A stretch of DNA of 64,000 nt from Iphione sp. A-MEVVRFRX5 (GCA_976226885.1 OZ320318.1:73160001-73224000); one strand, 5' to 3'; positions 14,681 to 27,091 are shown, counted from the stretch's first letter. Translations and numbers: made by a program. Notes: generated from the letters alone by a model not told the origin.

Positions 14681-14833
14681 ATGGACAAGGCGGACAGTAT
14701 GCGAATCGACCGAGTGCCCAAGGACAGCACCCTGACAGCGGCCATGAGCTCCGGGGAGGACATGTCCGTCGGGCGGGTCGACCGTGTATCCATGGACACA
14801 TGCGACCAGGTGTCAGTCGACTTCTACCGAAAG
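14681..14833 (+). CDS. Candidate first coding exon (51 aa) of an unknown gene
   Basis: ATG14681 opens MDKADSMRIDRVPKDSTLTAAMSSGEDMSVGRVDRVSMDTCDQVSVDFYRK, ending at a consensus donor AAG|GTGAGT (GT at 14834). GC-rich relative to its flanks, with an internal peptide repeat. Downstream exons are not established. Confidence 0.4.
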
Positions 14834-16029
14834 GTGAGTACCAGTCATGCTCCTCTTCCTCCAACGTTGCGTTCCTAGAGTTACACATTATAGTGCCTTT
14901 ACCCGCTGAGGCTGACTCGAGTTTCACATCAGCCGATGCTGCGCGATGCCTGCAGGGCTAGGCTACTCCGGTGTTCCTCTGATGTAAATCCTGCACTTGT
15001 ATTTGCATTTATAGCTATGATATTCTCTTACATGTAGTCTCGTACGCTGCTTTGATCATTGTTGCCACGACCACTTCATTTCATATTTTATCATTGATAT
15101 TTCCTGAAATTACATGCAATTGGCAGACATCTGCTTCTGCTTTTCTTGTCTCTGGTCCTTTTTACTCTGCTGTATTTTATTCCTTACGCTTTTGTTATTC
15201 AAATGCATCACGGAATTTGACATGGATGAGTGCATGTGAAATAGGTACATGCAGTATAAGTGTGCAAGTATGCATTGACATTTACTACATTCCTGCTGAA
15301 AACCTTGAAATACAGTACATGTGTACGAATGCATAACTTATAGTGGTTTATATAAATTAGAGAACAACATAAGAACATACAGTGAAGAAGACATAAATAC
15401 CCTGTTGTATTGCTACACCAGCCGTTTTCAGTGCATGTACGATGCAACATTTGAGAATCTGCCCTGCAGTTATAGCGATACCACAATGTGTAATACAGGT
15501 ACAACAGAACCAGTGAAGAACCATTAGTCCAGGACTCGTGGCTAAGGACAGTTGCCTTCAAGACTGCTCACTCAGTATAAGTGAAAATATTGCGTTTGTG
15601 CGTATAAGATGAACTGTGATCCATAAACTTTCCAAAGGTGCAAAGTTAGGCAGTCTTGTAGCAGATTGGTGTTTTGCCGGAATGAAACATTACTTTATGA
15701 TAGCAAACGTATATCTGCTATATTAAGGGCTTGGCCTTTTGGGATAGGGTGACCTTTTCAGCAACGGAGCTAGCTGCGCTACACCCAAGCTTTACCTTAT
15801 TAGGCTATTAAGGTGAAGGTTAAATATTCCTGTGAGCATCTTTCAGTTGTGTATCCGCACTGTGCAAAGAAGGTATAGACAGAACGTGAAGACTGTATAC
15901 GCCTAGAGGCAAACACAGTTGTTAAGGCTCAGTTGCATTTACAATGGGAATTCTCCGGAAATACAAGAAAACCTTCCCTACACGCAACTGCAAGGTGATA
16001 GGAAGATAAGACTATGCCCCCGGAAGATA

Positions 16030-16387
16030 TATTGTCCCCCACCTCCAAGAAGTGTGGGGGATTTTAGGATCACTGCTGTCTATCTGAACTTCCGCCACAA
16101 CCTTGTGAGTCTTATAAATTCAATTCCCCCCAGGGCAAATGAACTGAAAGTCAGACATGATCCTCACCCATATGGACACATACCTACTGGCTTTTTTCTG
16201 CTTCATTTGATATAATTGAAATGTGAAATTGTTGCATTTCAATATATTCTACTCACCAGGACAGAAACACACCTTCACTGTGTTCGTTCCAACATCGCGT
16301 TGGTCAGCTGCGTACCCTCAGGCATATACATGTAATGCACTATGCATGTATGGTAGGTGGTAGAGGTTTGAGAAGATCCACTCCCTT
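16030..16387 (+). repeat. Dispersed repeat, copy 1 (homologous to 31450-31815)
   Basis: Collinear shared blocks: ccccacctccaaga/ccccaccgccaaga, taggatcactgctgt, accttgtgagtcttat/accttgtgggtcttat, ttgcatttcaatatattctactcacca/ttgcatttcagtatattctgctcacca, caggcatat, tccactcccttat/tccactctcttgt. Roughly two-thirds identity by eye. Confidence 0.85.
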
Positions 16388-17039
16388 ATTGTCCCTCACT
16401 TCATAGAGAATATCAATCTGAGAACATTGAGGGCATTTCTAGAAGACACATGTCGAAACATGATTGCATGTCATTGTAAATATACGGAGATCCATGAAAC
16501 GGCAAACCTTCAGGTGGCAAGAAATTTATGTACACGACCATACAGAAAAAACATATTTGTACGCAGATAAGCATCTATACGCACATCCATGTCTACAGTG
16601 TCAAACACTCAGGCAAATACACATGGAAATATGTATATGCTTGAGTATTGCACAAACATATCCATAAAACATGTACGCTACTTACTGATATTTTATACGC
16701 CCGAATCCAGCCACGTTTTTCATGGGTAACATACTTACGTGCATAGGCACGGTAGGAGGTTTCCTAGTCAGGTGACAGGTAGGCTGAATGGGCAACTCGT
16801 TCCTCACCCCCTCAACCACTCATCCCCCTCCCTCCCCCCCCGTCGGCACTTCTCCATCATCCCCAAGAGCGTTTCCGCAGTGCGAGGCGTCCTAGAAAAG
16901 TGCGATTCGCGCTGGGGCTGTGCGTGCACACCGGGCGGGCGCCGTCGCAGGTGTTGGCCGCTCAGGAGCCGGCAACATTCCCCGGGCACGACCGCACCCG
17001 GGCGGGTTGGTCGTCTGTGGAGATCAAAGCTTGGAACCA

Positions 17040-17400
17040 TTAGAGACAGGAGGCTGGTCGATGGCGCTTTCCATTCGCCAACAAGGGTTTAGGTGCGGAG
17101 GTGGGCGAGTTCCTGAGGCAGAGAGAGAGAAAGAGAGACAGAGGTACAGAGAGAGAGAGTGTGTGTGTGTTGGGGGGTGGCTCGGTAGAGGAAGTGAAAG
17201 AGACTGAGGTGCATAGAAAGAAGGGAAGGGGATGAAGAGAGGTAATAGATGAGGGCGAAGGGAACAGAAACGGCAGGGATAGCGGAGTGGAAAAAGAGTA
17301 AAAAGGGAGAGAGTCAAAGCAGGGAGAGAAGGAGGACCGCAAAGACAGAGGAAAGGAGGGAGGGTTAGCTTGGGCTCTGTCTAGGAAAGGAAAATGTTAG
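17040..17400. repeat. Purine-rich (GA/GT) low-complexity tract; CT-rich leader-like on the minus strand
   Basis: gagagagaga/gtgtgtgt/gaaggg runs; these account for track ORFs 17024-17317 and 17040-17342. Confidence 0.8.
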
Positions 17401-17898
17401 GTACCGTAAGTGACAGTACCATTACACATAGATTGGACGTCAAACAAAGGCATCGAAAGGCGTATCTTTTTGCAATAAATGGCTGTGACTAGCCAGAGTT
17501 GTGTGACTAGTTCTCAAATAAGAGTTTCAGCGATCCAGAGGTCCGTAACACTGCAGGCTCTACGTGCACAGGTCACTAAGGATCACCCTTTACCTTGAAT
17601 CGTCGACTAAACTTCACTAAATTTTACCCTTTTTAATCCCAAATTTGTTCAGTGAGTTTCAGCTCCAGTTACATAGCTTTGCTATCATTTCAGAAGGTGA
17701 AGCGTTCTTCAGAAATTACGGCTTATCAGAGATGACAAAACTGAAATCGGTTGTCTTCATATTGCTCATGTACCTTCAACTAACCTGGGAGGTTATGACA
17801 AAAAGTTCCTGTGTGAAGAAAGTTTTTGCTACCAATATATAACGAACACATTCAGTCGATACAATCCAGAACAAAGAGTAACAGCGTAATTGGAGGGA

Positions 17899-17903
<5 letters not shown>

Positions 17904-17942
<39 letters not shown>
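17904..17942. repeat. (GA)n microsatellite
   Basis: About 19 perfect GA units. Confidence 0.95.
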
Positions 17943-17945
<3 letters not shown>

Positions 17946-19919
17946 AGGAGCAGTGAAAGATCAGCTGGCAGAGAAGTACAGAGAGAGAATGGGCGTGGAT
18001 GTGTGCACGTGAGTGAGGGAGAGGAAACAAATAGAGAAAGAGAGTGAGTACATATCACGTTACATCGTAATTGTCCTTGATTCTGACCTCTGCTCCTGTG
18101 TGATGCCACCATTGATCTACCATTACCTTCTTCAAGGCAGGTCTGACCCCATCTCTGCACAGATGCACTCACTAATTCATCCTTATCTGGCATCAGAATG
18201 CATCATACGCGCATATAGGCCCGGCCTGCGTCATATTGTAATACAACTGATCGGCTATTGATATAGCAGAGAATAAACGCTGTCTCTATCTGCACACATC
18301 ATACTATTAGTGGTAGAAGAATCACAATTTTTAGGAAGCAGTCATACTTATTAGGAAACAATGGCGAGGGTATCTCAGAATGCAAGACAATTCCATTTTT
18401 ACCTACCTGTGTCCTCCTCCCAAGACTTACATGTACCAGTAATCACAACTCGCGATTTGGAGGGAGTTCAGCAGCTGCTCGCTTTGCGGGAAGGTAATTC
18501 CTAATTAGGAGGGCATTTGTCTGGTCCCCATCGTTTATTGAAAAAAATAAACTGAGGTGGCAGGGCAACTTACAGATAAGGGAAAATTGTCTGGTCCCAT
18601 TAGTCGCTGAATTTTTACCTTGTTGGCTATTGGTGACCATGAAAATGGCACATTCCAGTTAATTCCACCTGAAAATTGGTACCACAGGGAAATTGTGGTG
18701 CAACGTCAATCTCCTTTGAAGATAGGACATCTGTCCTTACCAACATAAACCCTGCTGTCCTGTATTGTTTTCCTCCTGTAGATCTCAAGGACTGTTTTTT
18801 TCAATTAGAGAGAGTTATATTTTTCTAATAGTAACCTGCGTAACCGTTATGCTGTGCCTACGATCGTTTGTATCATAGCAATACCTTTTACATTATAGTC
18901 CTGTTGGTAATGCAGTTGTACGTATCATTTTCTATTATCCGATGGCAACCTGTCATTCAATATCAGTCGCCATGTATCCATCTGGGTCTTTTTTTTGGTC
19001 GCCCATTCCGGCACCAACATGACCACACACACCTGTGAACCAATCACCTGTTTATCACATTGAACCCACATTGACATATTGGCGTCTCTTTTCCGCTCAC
19101 ATCGGCTGATGCTTGGTCGTCATGGAGGTCTTACCATAGTGAACGTTTTGTCTTTAGTACAACTTGCCTGTTGTTGGTGTATCAACTTAAATTATGTGCG
19201 CCCTACTTATTCATGGCCTATCATGATTCTGTTTATTCCGTCAACGTGTCAATGACAGTATAAGGATGGGGAGAATTTCCTTGTTGTTTTCAGTTCAGCC
19301 TAATCTACCAGGTGAAATCAAGAGGCCAGCATGAAAAGGGAGAAGTTGGCTGGGTCAAACGTGAGCACAGCGCTTAGTGCTGCCGATGATCACTATAATT
19401 TACCTTTTGGTGTTGCTGTCGGAGTACTGGATAATTGCAAGTTAATAGATACAAGTGCTAATATTAAAGAGAAAAAGTCCCTTGTCACCGCGGACCTTCA
19501 AAATGTTAGGGAATGCGAGTTCGAGTACCACCATCTTATTTATTAGCTCTCTTATCCATCATAGCAACTGCCATCAGCTGCCAAGCTACACAGGCTTCCA
19601 TATTCTCAAAATTATTCATTTAGTACCTTAATATTTGCTTACTTTCTTCCCTTTTATGTCTGCGTACCTCTCCTACCTTCACGCCTCCCTTCCTACGAAT
19701 CCACCGTGTCGTTTAGCTTTCTTTTTGTGGAGCTTTGTGAAAAAATCAATACATCTGCTTTAGGTGAGCATGCGTCCTGAGAAAGACATTGGCAAATTAG
19801 TATAGTTGGTGGTTAGGGCAGAACAAACCTGATGTCAGGTAGATGTCTCAGATAATGCACCATCATCATTGACTCTCTACGTAGTATAGGCAAATTGTAC
19901 TTAGCTTCAGGTGAAAGTA

Positions 19920-20460
19920 TTGCACCTCTTCCTCTCTCTACTCCCCACTTTCTCCTCCCCCTCTTCCCTCCTCTCCCTTGTTCAGCATTTACCAAACCTT
20001 GTCCCTTCACCTATGATGTGCATTACCACTGCCAATTTGTCTTATCTTACATATTCTATCGACCCCCCAGCTGTAGCTAACAACCATACATAATACTTCC
20101 ATCCCTTTAAATTCTCTCCCTCAGCATCGTCATTTGTACCCTACCAGCCTGTCCTGTCGTCTTATAGTCCTACTTTATCACCCTCCTTCTGCTACTTACC
20201 ATTCTTATCTGCCTGTTTCTCTTATTTCTTGCCTGTCTAACTACCTGTCTTCTTCCGCTCTCCTCAAATATTTATACTGTCCTGCTCCTTTCAAAATCTA
20301 CCGGTCTATCCCAATCTCTGTACCTACCACAGGTGTCTCCTGTATGTATTTGTCTATAGATGCGATCCTCCTTGCCTCCCTGCCTTCCTCGTCGACCTGC
20401 CTATCTACCCTATCCTTCTCCTTCCCACTACCTACCCTCCCACTTTTGCTTCTAGCAGCC
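19920..20460. repeat. Pyrimidine-rich low-complexity tract
   Basis: CT-dominated sequence producing the S/L/P-rich spurious ORFs 19895-20080, 19911-20093 and 20134-20508. Confidence 0.7.
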
Positions 20461-20913
20461 CCCCTAGGGGCAGCCTGTCGAAAAAGGACAGCAGTGGAAG
20501 GCGTGTGATGGCGGCGGTCGTGATCTGATGAAGATCCATCGATCCAGCAGGTCCAGCACATGGGGAGAGGGCGGGTATTGACAGGTGGGGTTCCCACGAT
20601 GCCACACTGATTAGACACCACTTCTAGCAGACCATAGAGGAACCAATCGAGCTATGAACATCTGTGTGTGCGACCATATAAAGGGGCTACCATTCAGCGT
20701 CAGACATGATCTACCTGAAAAAAACTGCTTGGTAATTTCAAGTTATTAAATGTTTCCTCTAAAAACATTTCTTTTTTTGTATTGTATAATGGTAATGTTC
20801 CCGAGGGTTAACAGAAATAATAAATACTAAATTGCAAGTTTATAGATTTTGTGAATGTACATTGATGTTGGAAGCCCCCACGTGCGGACAACTACGGGAC
20901 GAATGCCAAATTA

Positions 20914-21239
20914 GGCCTAAACACTCTCTGTGTTTCCGTTAGCATGTTGAAAATAGAGAGAGTCGGTCGGTAGGTGCCATTTTTCTTATTTTACTTTCTG
21001 TTCGATGTTAAATCATGGTGACTGAAAGAAATGTGTATGGTTATACTACTTTTACTGTTCATGAAAGTTGTATCAAATGAAAGCTCGTAAACTACGGAAC
21101 GAAACGGTGTTTAGTATAAGTTTTTGTCTTTATTCTTTCTGAAGTTACTAAAAACAAGAAAAAAAATTTAATATCGTAATTGGCTTTAATGTAGGGTCAG
21201 TCTGGTTACTGAAAACATAAGATATTTTTTGTTTAGGCC
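20914..21239. mobile_element. PIF/Harbinger (Tourist-like) MITE, 326 bp
   Basis: Perfect 10-bp terminal inverted repeat GGCCTAAACA (20914-20923) / TGTTTAGGCC (21230-21239), flanked on both sides by TTA (20911-20913, 21240-21242). AT-rich non-coding interior. A TTA/TAA 3-bp TSD is characteristic of PIF/Harbinger elements. Confidence 0.7.
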
Positions 21240-21478
21240 TTATCTAGGATGAAACCTGCCCTCTTACGGGGTAAGGTCAGCATAAAATTGAACGGAATGT
21301 TCAGTTCCTGTGGACACTTTCATGATAAATGAATCAGATCGTGCAAAAATATTTGTGGTAGTGACTCCAGCTGGTTACTTCACGAATGCTTTAAAATTGC
21401 CCCGAGGAAGACCAAAGGTTTCTATAATAAAGGCTTCCTTGAAGACTTACGGAAAGATAGTTACATGTACTCAAACCC

Positions 21479-22115
21479 AAGGCTAGGTTTCCATGCACAC
21501 GTGGAGGCGTGGCAGGTATTTTTACAGGCATGAAAGATAATCCTCTAAACCTTTGTACAAATACTAAACACGGTAACAGTGTTTCCATGTACATGTTTTT
21601 TTGCACATGAAAACATGTAAAACATAGCACAAATAAGCTAACAATAAGGTAAATGGGCCGGAAAAGGCAAATATCAGACAAACTGGTCTGAAAAAATGAA
21701 AGAAAATGGCATATTTCATGGATATTCATCTCAAAAACAGCAAAATCCATGGAAACTAGGCCGAAAAACAACATTTCATGGAAACTCGGCCAAAAAGAAT
21801 CGCAGAATTAATGGATACTGGGCTGAAAAATAGCAAAAATTATGATTACATGTGCGATAATGTGTGGCAATGTCTTTCTTTGATCACAAAGCACACCTTA
21901 CTGCTATTTCTATAATACTGTGGAGAACACAGCCATGTTTCTATGGCAAATGGACATGTTCCATTTTTGAAACATGGAGCATGCTAGCATGGAGCATGGA
22001 GAATGGAGCACGCATACATGGAAACGGTCCTCCTGCTACTCTATCTGCCCATTTTTCATGCTGAAAACATGCTTACACAATCCATGCCCACACACATGCC
22101 TGGAAACCCGGCCTG
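21479..22115. mobile_element. Non-autonomous TIR DNA transposon (hAT-like) with internal tandem subrepeats
   Basis: The left end AAGGCTAGGTTTCCATGCA matches the reverse complement of the right end (CAGGCCGGGTTTCCAGGCA) at 15/19. About six degenerate ~30-bp units (catggaaactnggccgaaaaa) lie at 21650-21840 and a (a/c)tggag repeat run at 21970-22010. No 8-bp TSD is seen, so the superfamily is uncertain. Confidence 0.55.
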
Positions 22116-22825
22116 ATATGTGAACATTTTAAAGAGGGTACACTGATGTAAAGTTATGGTATTTCAGATTACGTAACGTGTGAGATATAAGACTACCTTT
22201 CAGTGGAAATTTTTGCACTCATCATATCAGTACTGTAATAGAAATCTTGTTAACAGGGCGTATTGGATGTACGGTAATTTCTTGACTATACCTCCTAATA
22301 TGTTGACTGCGGCATTCTTATGTGTGTTTAAAATATCCATCGGAAGATATGGGCACGTGTTTACTGATATACATTGTATACAGTTAAGGTAGATCGTCGC
22401 ACGTTTATATACACCTCCGTATAAGTAGTGCCTTTTTTGCACCACCAAAGACTCGTGACTCTCTTTTACGTTTCTGTGCTAGAGGTTAATGCGAGCGGGA
22501 AGCTGTGCGTGCTGAAACGCCATCTGTCGTGAAAGACCGATAACTTCATGGAAATCGCAGGAGACCCATCCAAGCCTTGTCTGAGATTCCGAACATAAGC
22601 CTTACAAATAGGCCGTAGAATTGCATAAATTTTCCTTTGTCGCACTTGGGTTCTCAGGTGCATTTGCTTATTATATATAGGCGTGTTGTATGGTGATCTG
22701 GGCCTGATGGAGTCGTTAGGTCGGCATGAAAGCAGAAATACAATCTACGATACACCACCGACCGAATCATTGATGTTATCGCACAGTATTATCTGCACAT
22801 AAAGAACTAAAGAGTCATATTTTTG

Positions 22826-22914
22826 CATTATTTTTTGGGGGGAGGGCAAATTATGACGAGTAAATCTGCATCGCTGGCATTCGGTAATTATCCCCCCCCC
22901 CCCGAAAAAAAATG
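22826..22914. repeat. Short fold-back inverted repeat (about 28-bp arms, about 30-bp spacer)
   Basis: The left arm cattattttttggggggagggcaaatta pairs with the right arm taattatccccccccccccgaaaaaaaatg. Confidence 0.75.
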
Positions 22915-24519
22915 TTTTAGAGAGAGTCCGCGTTACTCATGTTTCCGTGTCAGTTACGATCAGTCTGTTAATGCTATAGATGATACCTTCCACAGAAAAT
23001 ACCGAAAATGTAGCTTGTTTTAATTATGTACCCAGTGGATGTGTACCTACTTCATACTCTTAACGTTAGGCGGCTCCCGTTCGTGCCACGACTGACACGG
23101 TCTTTCGCCACTAGGTGTCCACAGTGCGCCAACGTGTCGGGTCAGTATGGTGAGGGTATAGAATATGGTGCTACAATGCGCAGCACGGGATGCTAGTGGC
23201 TGGTCCACGGTGAGGAGAGTAAATATTTTAGCCGATAACACCGTTGATTGAGTTCCCTAAATGAATTTTATTTGTCTCCATTGCCCGTGTTCCTGCTGCC
23301 TGCAAAGCCTCCCGTACCGTGGCGTGCAACTTCCCAGGATCAGCACATCATCAAAGGAGTTCCTCTATGCCTCTCGTGGGTGCCACTGGCAACACTCATC
23401 GGACATTTAATACCTCACACAAGTCTACCAGGGAATGGCCTACAAGACACGGGCCACAGATCACCCGAGAAGATCACCATAATTAAAGACAACCAAAACT
23501 AAAAACCTGCCCCAACCAAGATGGAATGGCACAGAGCAGAAAATATCGCTTACACAAGCCAGGCAAATATTAATCTTGTGCATGGCGAAAACCAGTTATA
23601 GTTACAAAATGCACTTGGTTTTCTTGCTGATGTTTTGTATTTACAGACCATTTTCAAAGTCTACCTAATGATGTTCCTTAAAACACACACACACATTTTG
23701 CAGGCTATCTGGTCGGAGATGTGTACTGAAAAACATGAAGCCATGCCGAAAAAAAATTATCAGGAGGAGAACCACGTGTTTTGTTCGTGTGAAATTACAC
23801 CGGTCATCTTGTCTCTTCTTAAGGCACGTGCAAAAGCAGACAGCATGTAATTACCTTTCTTTCAGTCACCTAAAGGCTCGCGTTAAGCCTCCAAATCCAA
23901 ATTATTGGTTGCGCAATTTCTAGGAAAGTGATTCGATGAAAACATAAATCACGTTGTCTTTAAGGAGGAAATCTAGAAGTAATTACACATTGTTAACTCG
24001 ATCGATAGTTTTTACGAAGCATCAAACTTATACACCGATCATGAAGGCACATTTAGTACAGGCAGGGAAGATCGACATACATAATCGCGTGAGTAGCATT
24101 GCTTCCGTCGCTGCTACACTGACTGGAATTTTGTCAATTATTTGTAGCATCTTGCTGACCACGAGATATTGGCTCATACGTTCATTAAAATCAGCATGTG
24201 GTGGGGAGAATAATTCACAAGGAACAACTGCAACCATGGATGTAAACAAAAGAAAGCTTTTCATTGTCAAGATATATCAGCCCGCTTTCTATCTCTTTTG
24301 TCGAGTTTGAGATGTCCTAGCAAAATACCATAGGCACTATCGGTAGTCCTATTTTGTGCGACTATGAGTGAGGGTGAAAGGGTCGCACTGGTAGAATATT
24401 GATGTCCTCAAGAAGACACCGTTGTTGATAATACTAACATGCTGTTACAGACGCTGAAAGATAATCAGAAAGTGTGTACACGTCTAGTGTATATATGTAT
24501 ATATTTAGCAGATAGAGAT

Positions 24520-24580
24520 GGAGGGTCAGAGAGAGAGATGGAGTGAGAGAGAGACAGAGACAGAGAGAGGGAGAGAGATA
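24520..24580. repeat. Compound (GA)n/(GACA)n microsatellite
   Basis: gagagagagatggagtgagagagagacagagacagagagagg. Confidence 0.85.
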
Positions 24581-27091
24581 AAACTACTCAAGTAGAGGTA
24601 CTCATTATATCCAGCAAGTTACTCAGCGAAGGTGGAAATGGCAGACAGCCAAACAGGCTTATTCGTAGTTGTTGTCTTTGATATATTCCAGTTCGTTTCC
24701 TCTCTCCTTGCCAAGATCCTGCCTCTGGTTGCCACACAACAGAGCCTCATAATCAAGCCCCGAGGTGAAAAAAGAACCAAAATGTTCCTCAGCACTTGGA
24801 AGCATCAAAGAGATTGTCTTTGTCCACTTTTTAAAGCTGGCAGGGCTATATTTAGCGATAGCAGTGCGTAGCATCGCTATACACCAGTGCAAATTTTCAG
24901 TCTGTCAAATATCAGTCCTGTTCCATTCCAGCGTTTTCAAAGATGATTGTAGTATTTCGGTGTTTTTTTCTCTGTCGCGGGCGAAATTGCCACTATTATT
25001 ATTGATTCACCCTGGAGGAAATTTAAACGTAATTACCTATAATCTGCCTGGACGTAATTCTTTAAGGCCTTCACGCAGAAAAATTAATTTAAGAGATTAG
25101 TGCTTAGTAGAAAGCCACACCTGCTAGCTGTCGACAGCAGATGATGAGGTTGCAAAAGACGCTTATTGTGCCAAGGGACTAATTAGGAACCATGTAATGC
25201 AAGGATCTCTCTGTAATGGCGTGGAGGAAACAACTACCTTTGGTCAGGGTCTGGCAAGAAGCCAACATGACTTGGAAGTAAACTTCCTCGGAACCTCGTA
25301 TTTTCTGATAGGTAAGGTCCTTGTGTAGAGGCGACAGTTGTCATGCAAGTCTGTGCCACACCCAAATGTCAACATGCAACACGAGTTTTATTTCTCGCGA
25401 TTAGTACGAGCAAACAAAATTACGTACCAAATATTTGAGAGTTCAATGCGAGGAAAATACTATATACCTGTCTGATAATTCGATTAGGATAACGGAAGCA
25501 TGTGGCCTTTGATTCTTTGTACGGTATTCCTGGAGAACTTGTTGGACATTAGGCTTTGAACATCAACACAGTGTGGTCTCTACAAGGAAGAGCTATTTTG
25601 ATAAAACTTAAGAAAATCACAAGGCCATCAAACAAACGAGGTGGTAGGGGGAGCTCAGACGGGCACCGGACTGTCTGAAGTCCGGCTCTCGACCCTGGAA
25701 AATCAAAATAACTCCTGAATAAACAGAACGGACGATGTGATCTTTACACTAGCCATTTTAACTACGAACAAAGTCTCTTCCTGGTAGCAAACAATAGCGA
25801 CATACTCTTCTGTGTAAATGGCAACAGAAACGTATGTGTATACAGAAAAATTCTCACGTAAGAGGACATTCTTGGTTCCCAGTGAAAGTGTCCCCTGTTC
25901 TGAGAGATAAACTGTGAATAAAAGGCTTGGTTACTGCAATTTGGGATGGCCAAACAGAGAAAGCTCTACTGTACATTCTGTTTACCTCTTCCTGGATGCA
26001 CATCCTGAAGTAACAGAGATACGGCCTGGTACTACTGCTGCTATGCCTTTGGAAAAAGGCAAGGGGAGGGGGGCTGGAATAGAGCTCTCATTCCAGAAGG
26101 CTGACACACTTGAGAAAAGTGTCATCTGGATGACTTTTAAGTGCAGGGGTATCTCTTCCAATATGCAACTGCTTAGCATGTATAACAAAATTTTTCTACC
26201 TTGTCCTAGCTGTATTTCTTCAGAGGTTCTGGCCTACTTATTTTGGACATGGCTAAAGGACAGTATATATGATGACTAAGACTGCATAGCACGTACAAAA
26301 TGCATTGTGCAGAGGTTTTATTTCTTTTTTGTATGATGCTTCTGTCTGCTATACTTAGACATAACTGTCAGTGAATACTTTAAATAATTGGGTCGTTTCA
26401 CATAATGTGTTAGTGGTCACAGATGCTTGGTCTATCATTTTACTTATTCAAAACTGAATTAGGGGGTCTGATGCAGGATGTATTAGAAAATAAAGGAAAT
26501 CCAGCAGTGTAATTCAGTTGTGTTTTGTTGCTTTTTCTGATAGATGGGCTTATTTTAGTTTACTAGTGGGTTATGTGAAAACATCTACAGGACAAAAGTC
26601 TAAAGTAACATATTAAAAAGAGTCAATGCTTTTTGAGTATGCCTAAATCTCATTTTGCTCTCTACTTGTATTATGCACATAGTCCTTAACTTTGTGCTCA
26701 GCAGGGCCTAGGAATTTTGACTGCTAATGATTGCATGTTCTAGGAGAAGTCTGTATGGTAAATGATGTTTATTCAGCCAGCACTGTGGTTAATTGCTATA
26801 CGACATTCCAGTTAGACTGGTTGCTGTCTGAGATGTGTATTTGTCAATATTGTTTTCTTCGAGGTATTTAAAATATATTTACATAGATATATGAATGTTT
26901 GATTTTATACGAATGACTGATGTCTCTTCAAATTAAGTGTACATTCTTATATTTTTGTTTTGTATTTCATATCATTCTCTCATAGTATCATGAAAACGTC
27001 GTGCTTTGATGTGCAATTATGATAATAAACACCCTCAACTTCAGCAACTACCAGTCCAGAATCTTTAATGTACAGTCTTGGAATCTCTTCA

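Noticed and set aside
15676-15690. ggccttttgg, as in the U2 snRNA 5' region
   Set aside because: Only 10 bp match; the flanks are unrelated
18511-18600. 12-bp direct repeat ttgtctggtccc at a 70-bp spacing
   Set aside because: Only two copies with no regular spacer array; not CRISPR-like and no element boundaries found
19290-19370. YQVKSRGQHEKGEVGWVKRE, chromodomain-like
   Set aside because: Lacks the conserved Trp of VKW and the N-terminal half; too weak
21256-21296. gccctcttacgggg...cataaaattgaacgg resembles the 5' end of U6 snRNA
   Set aside because: The similarity is short and gapped and stops before the conserved ACAGAGA box; consistent with chance
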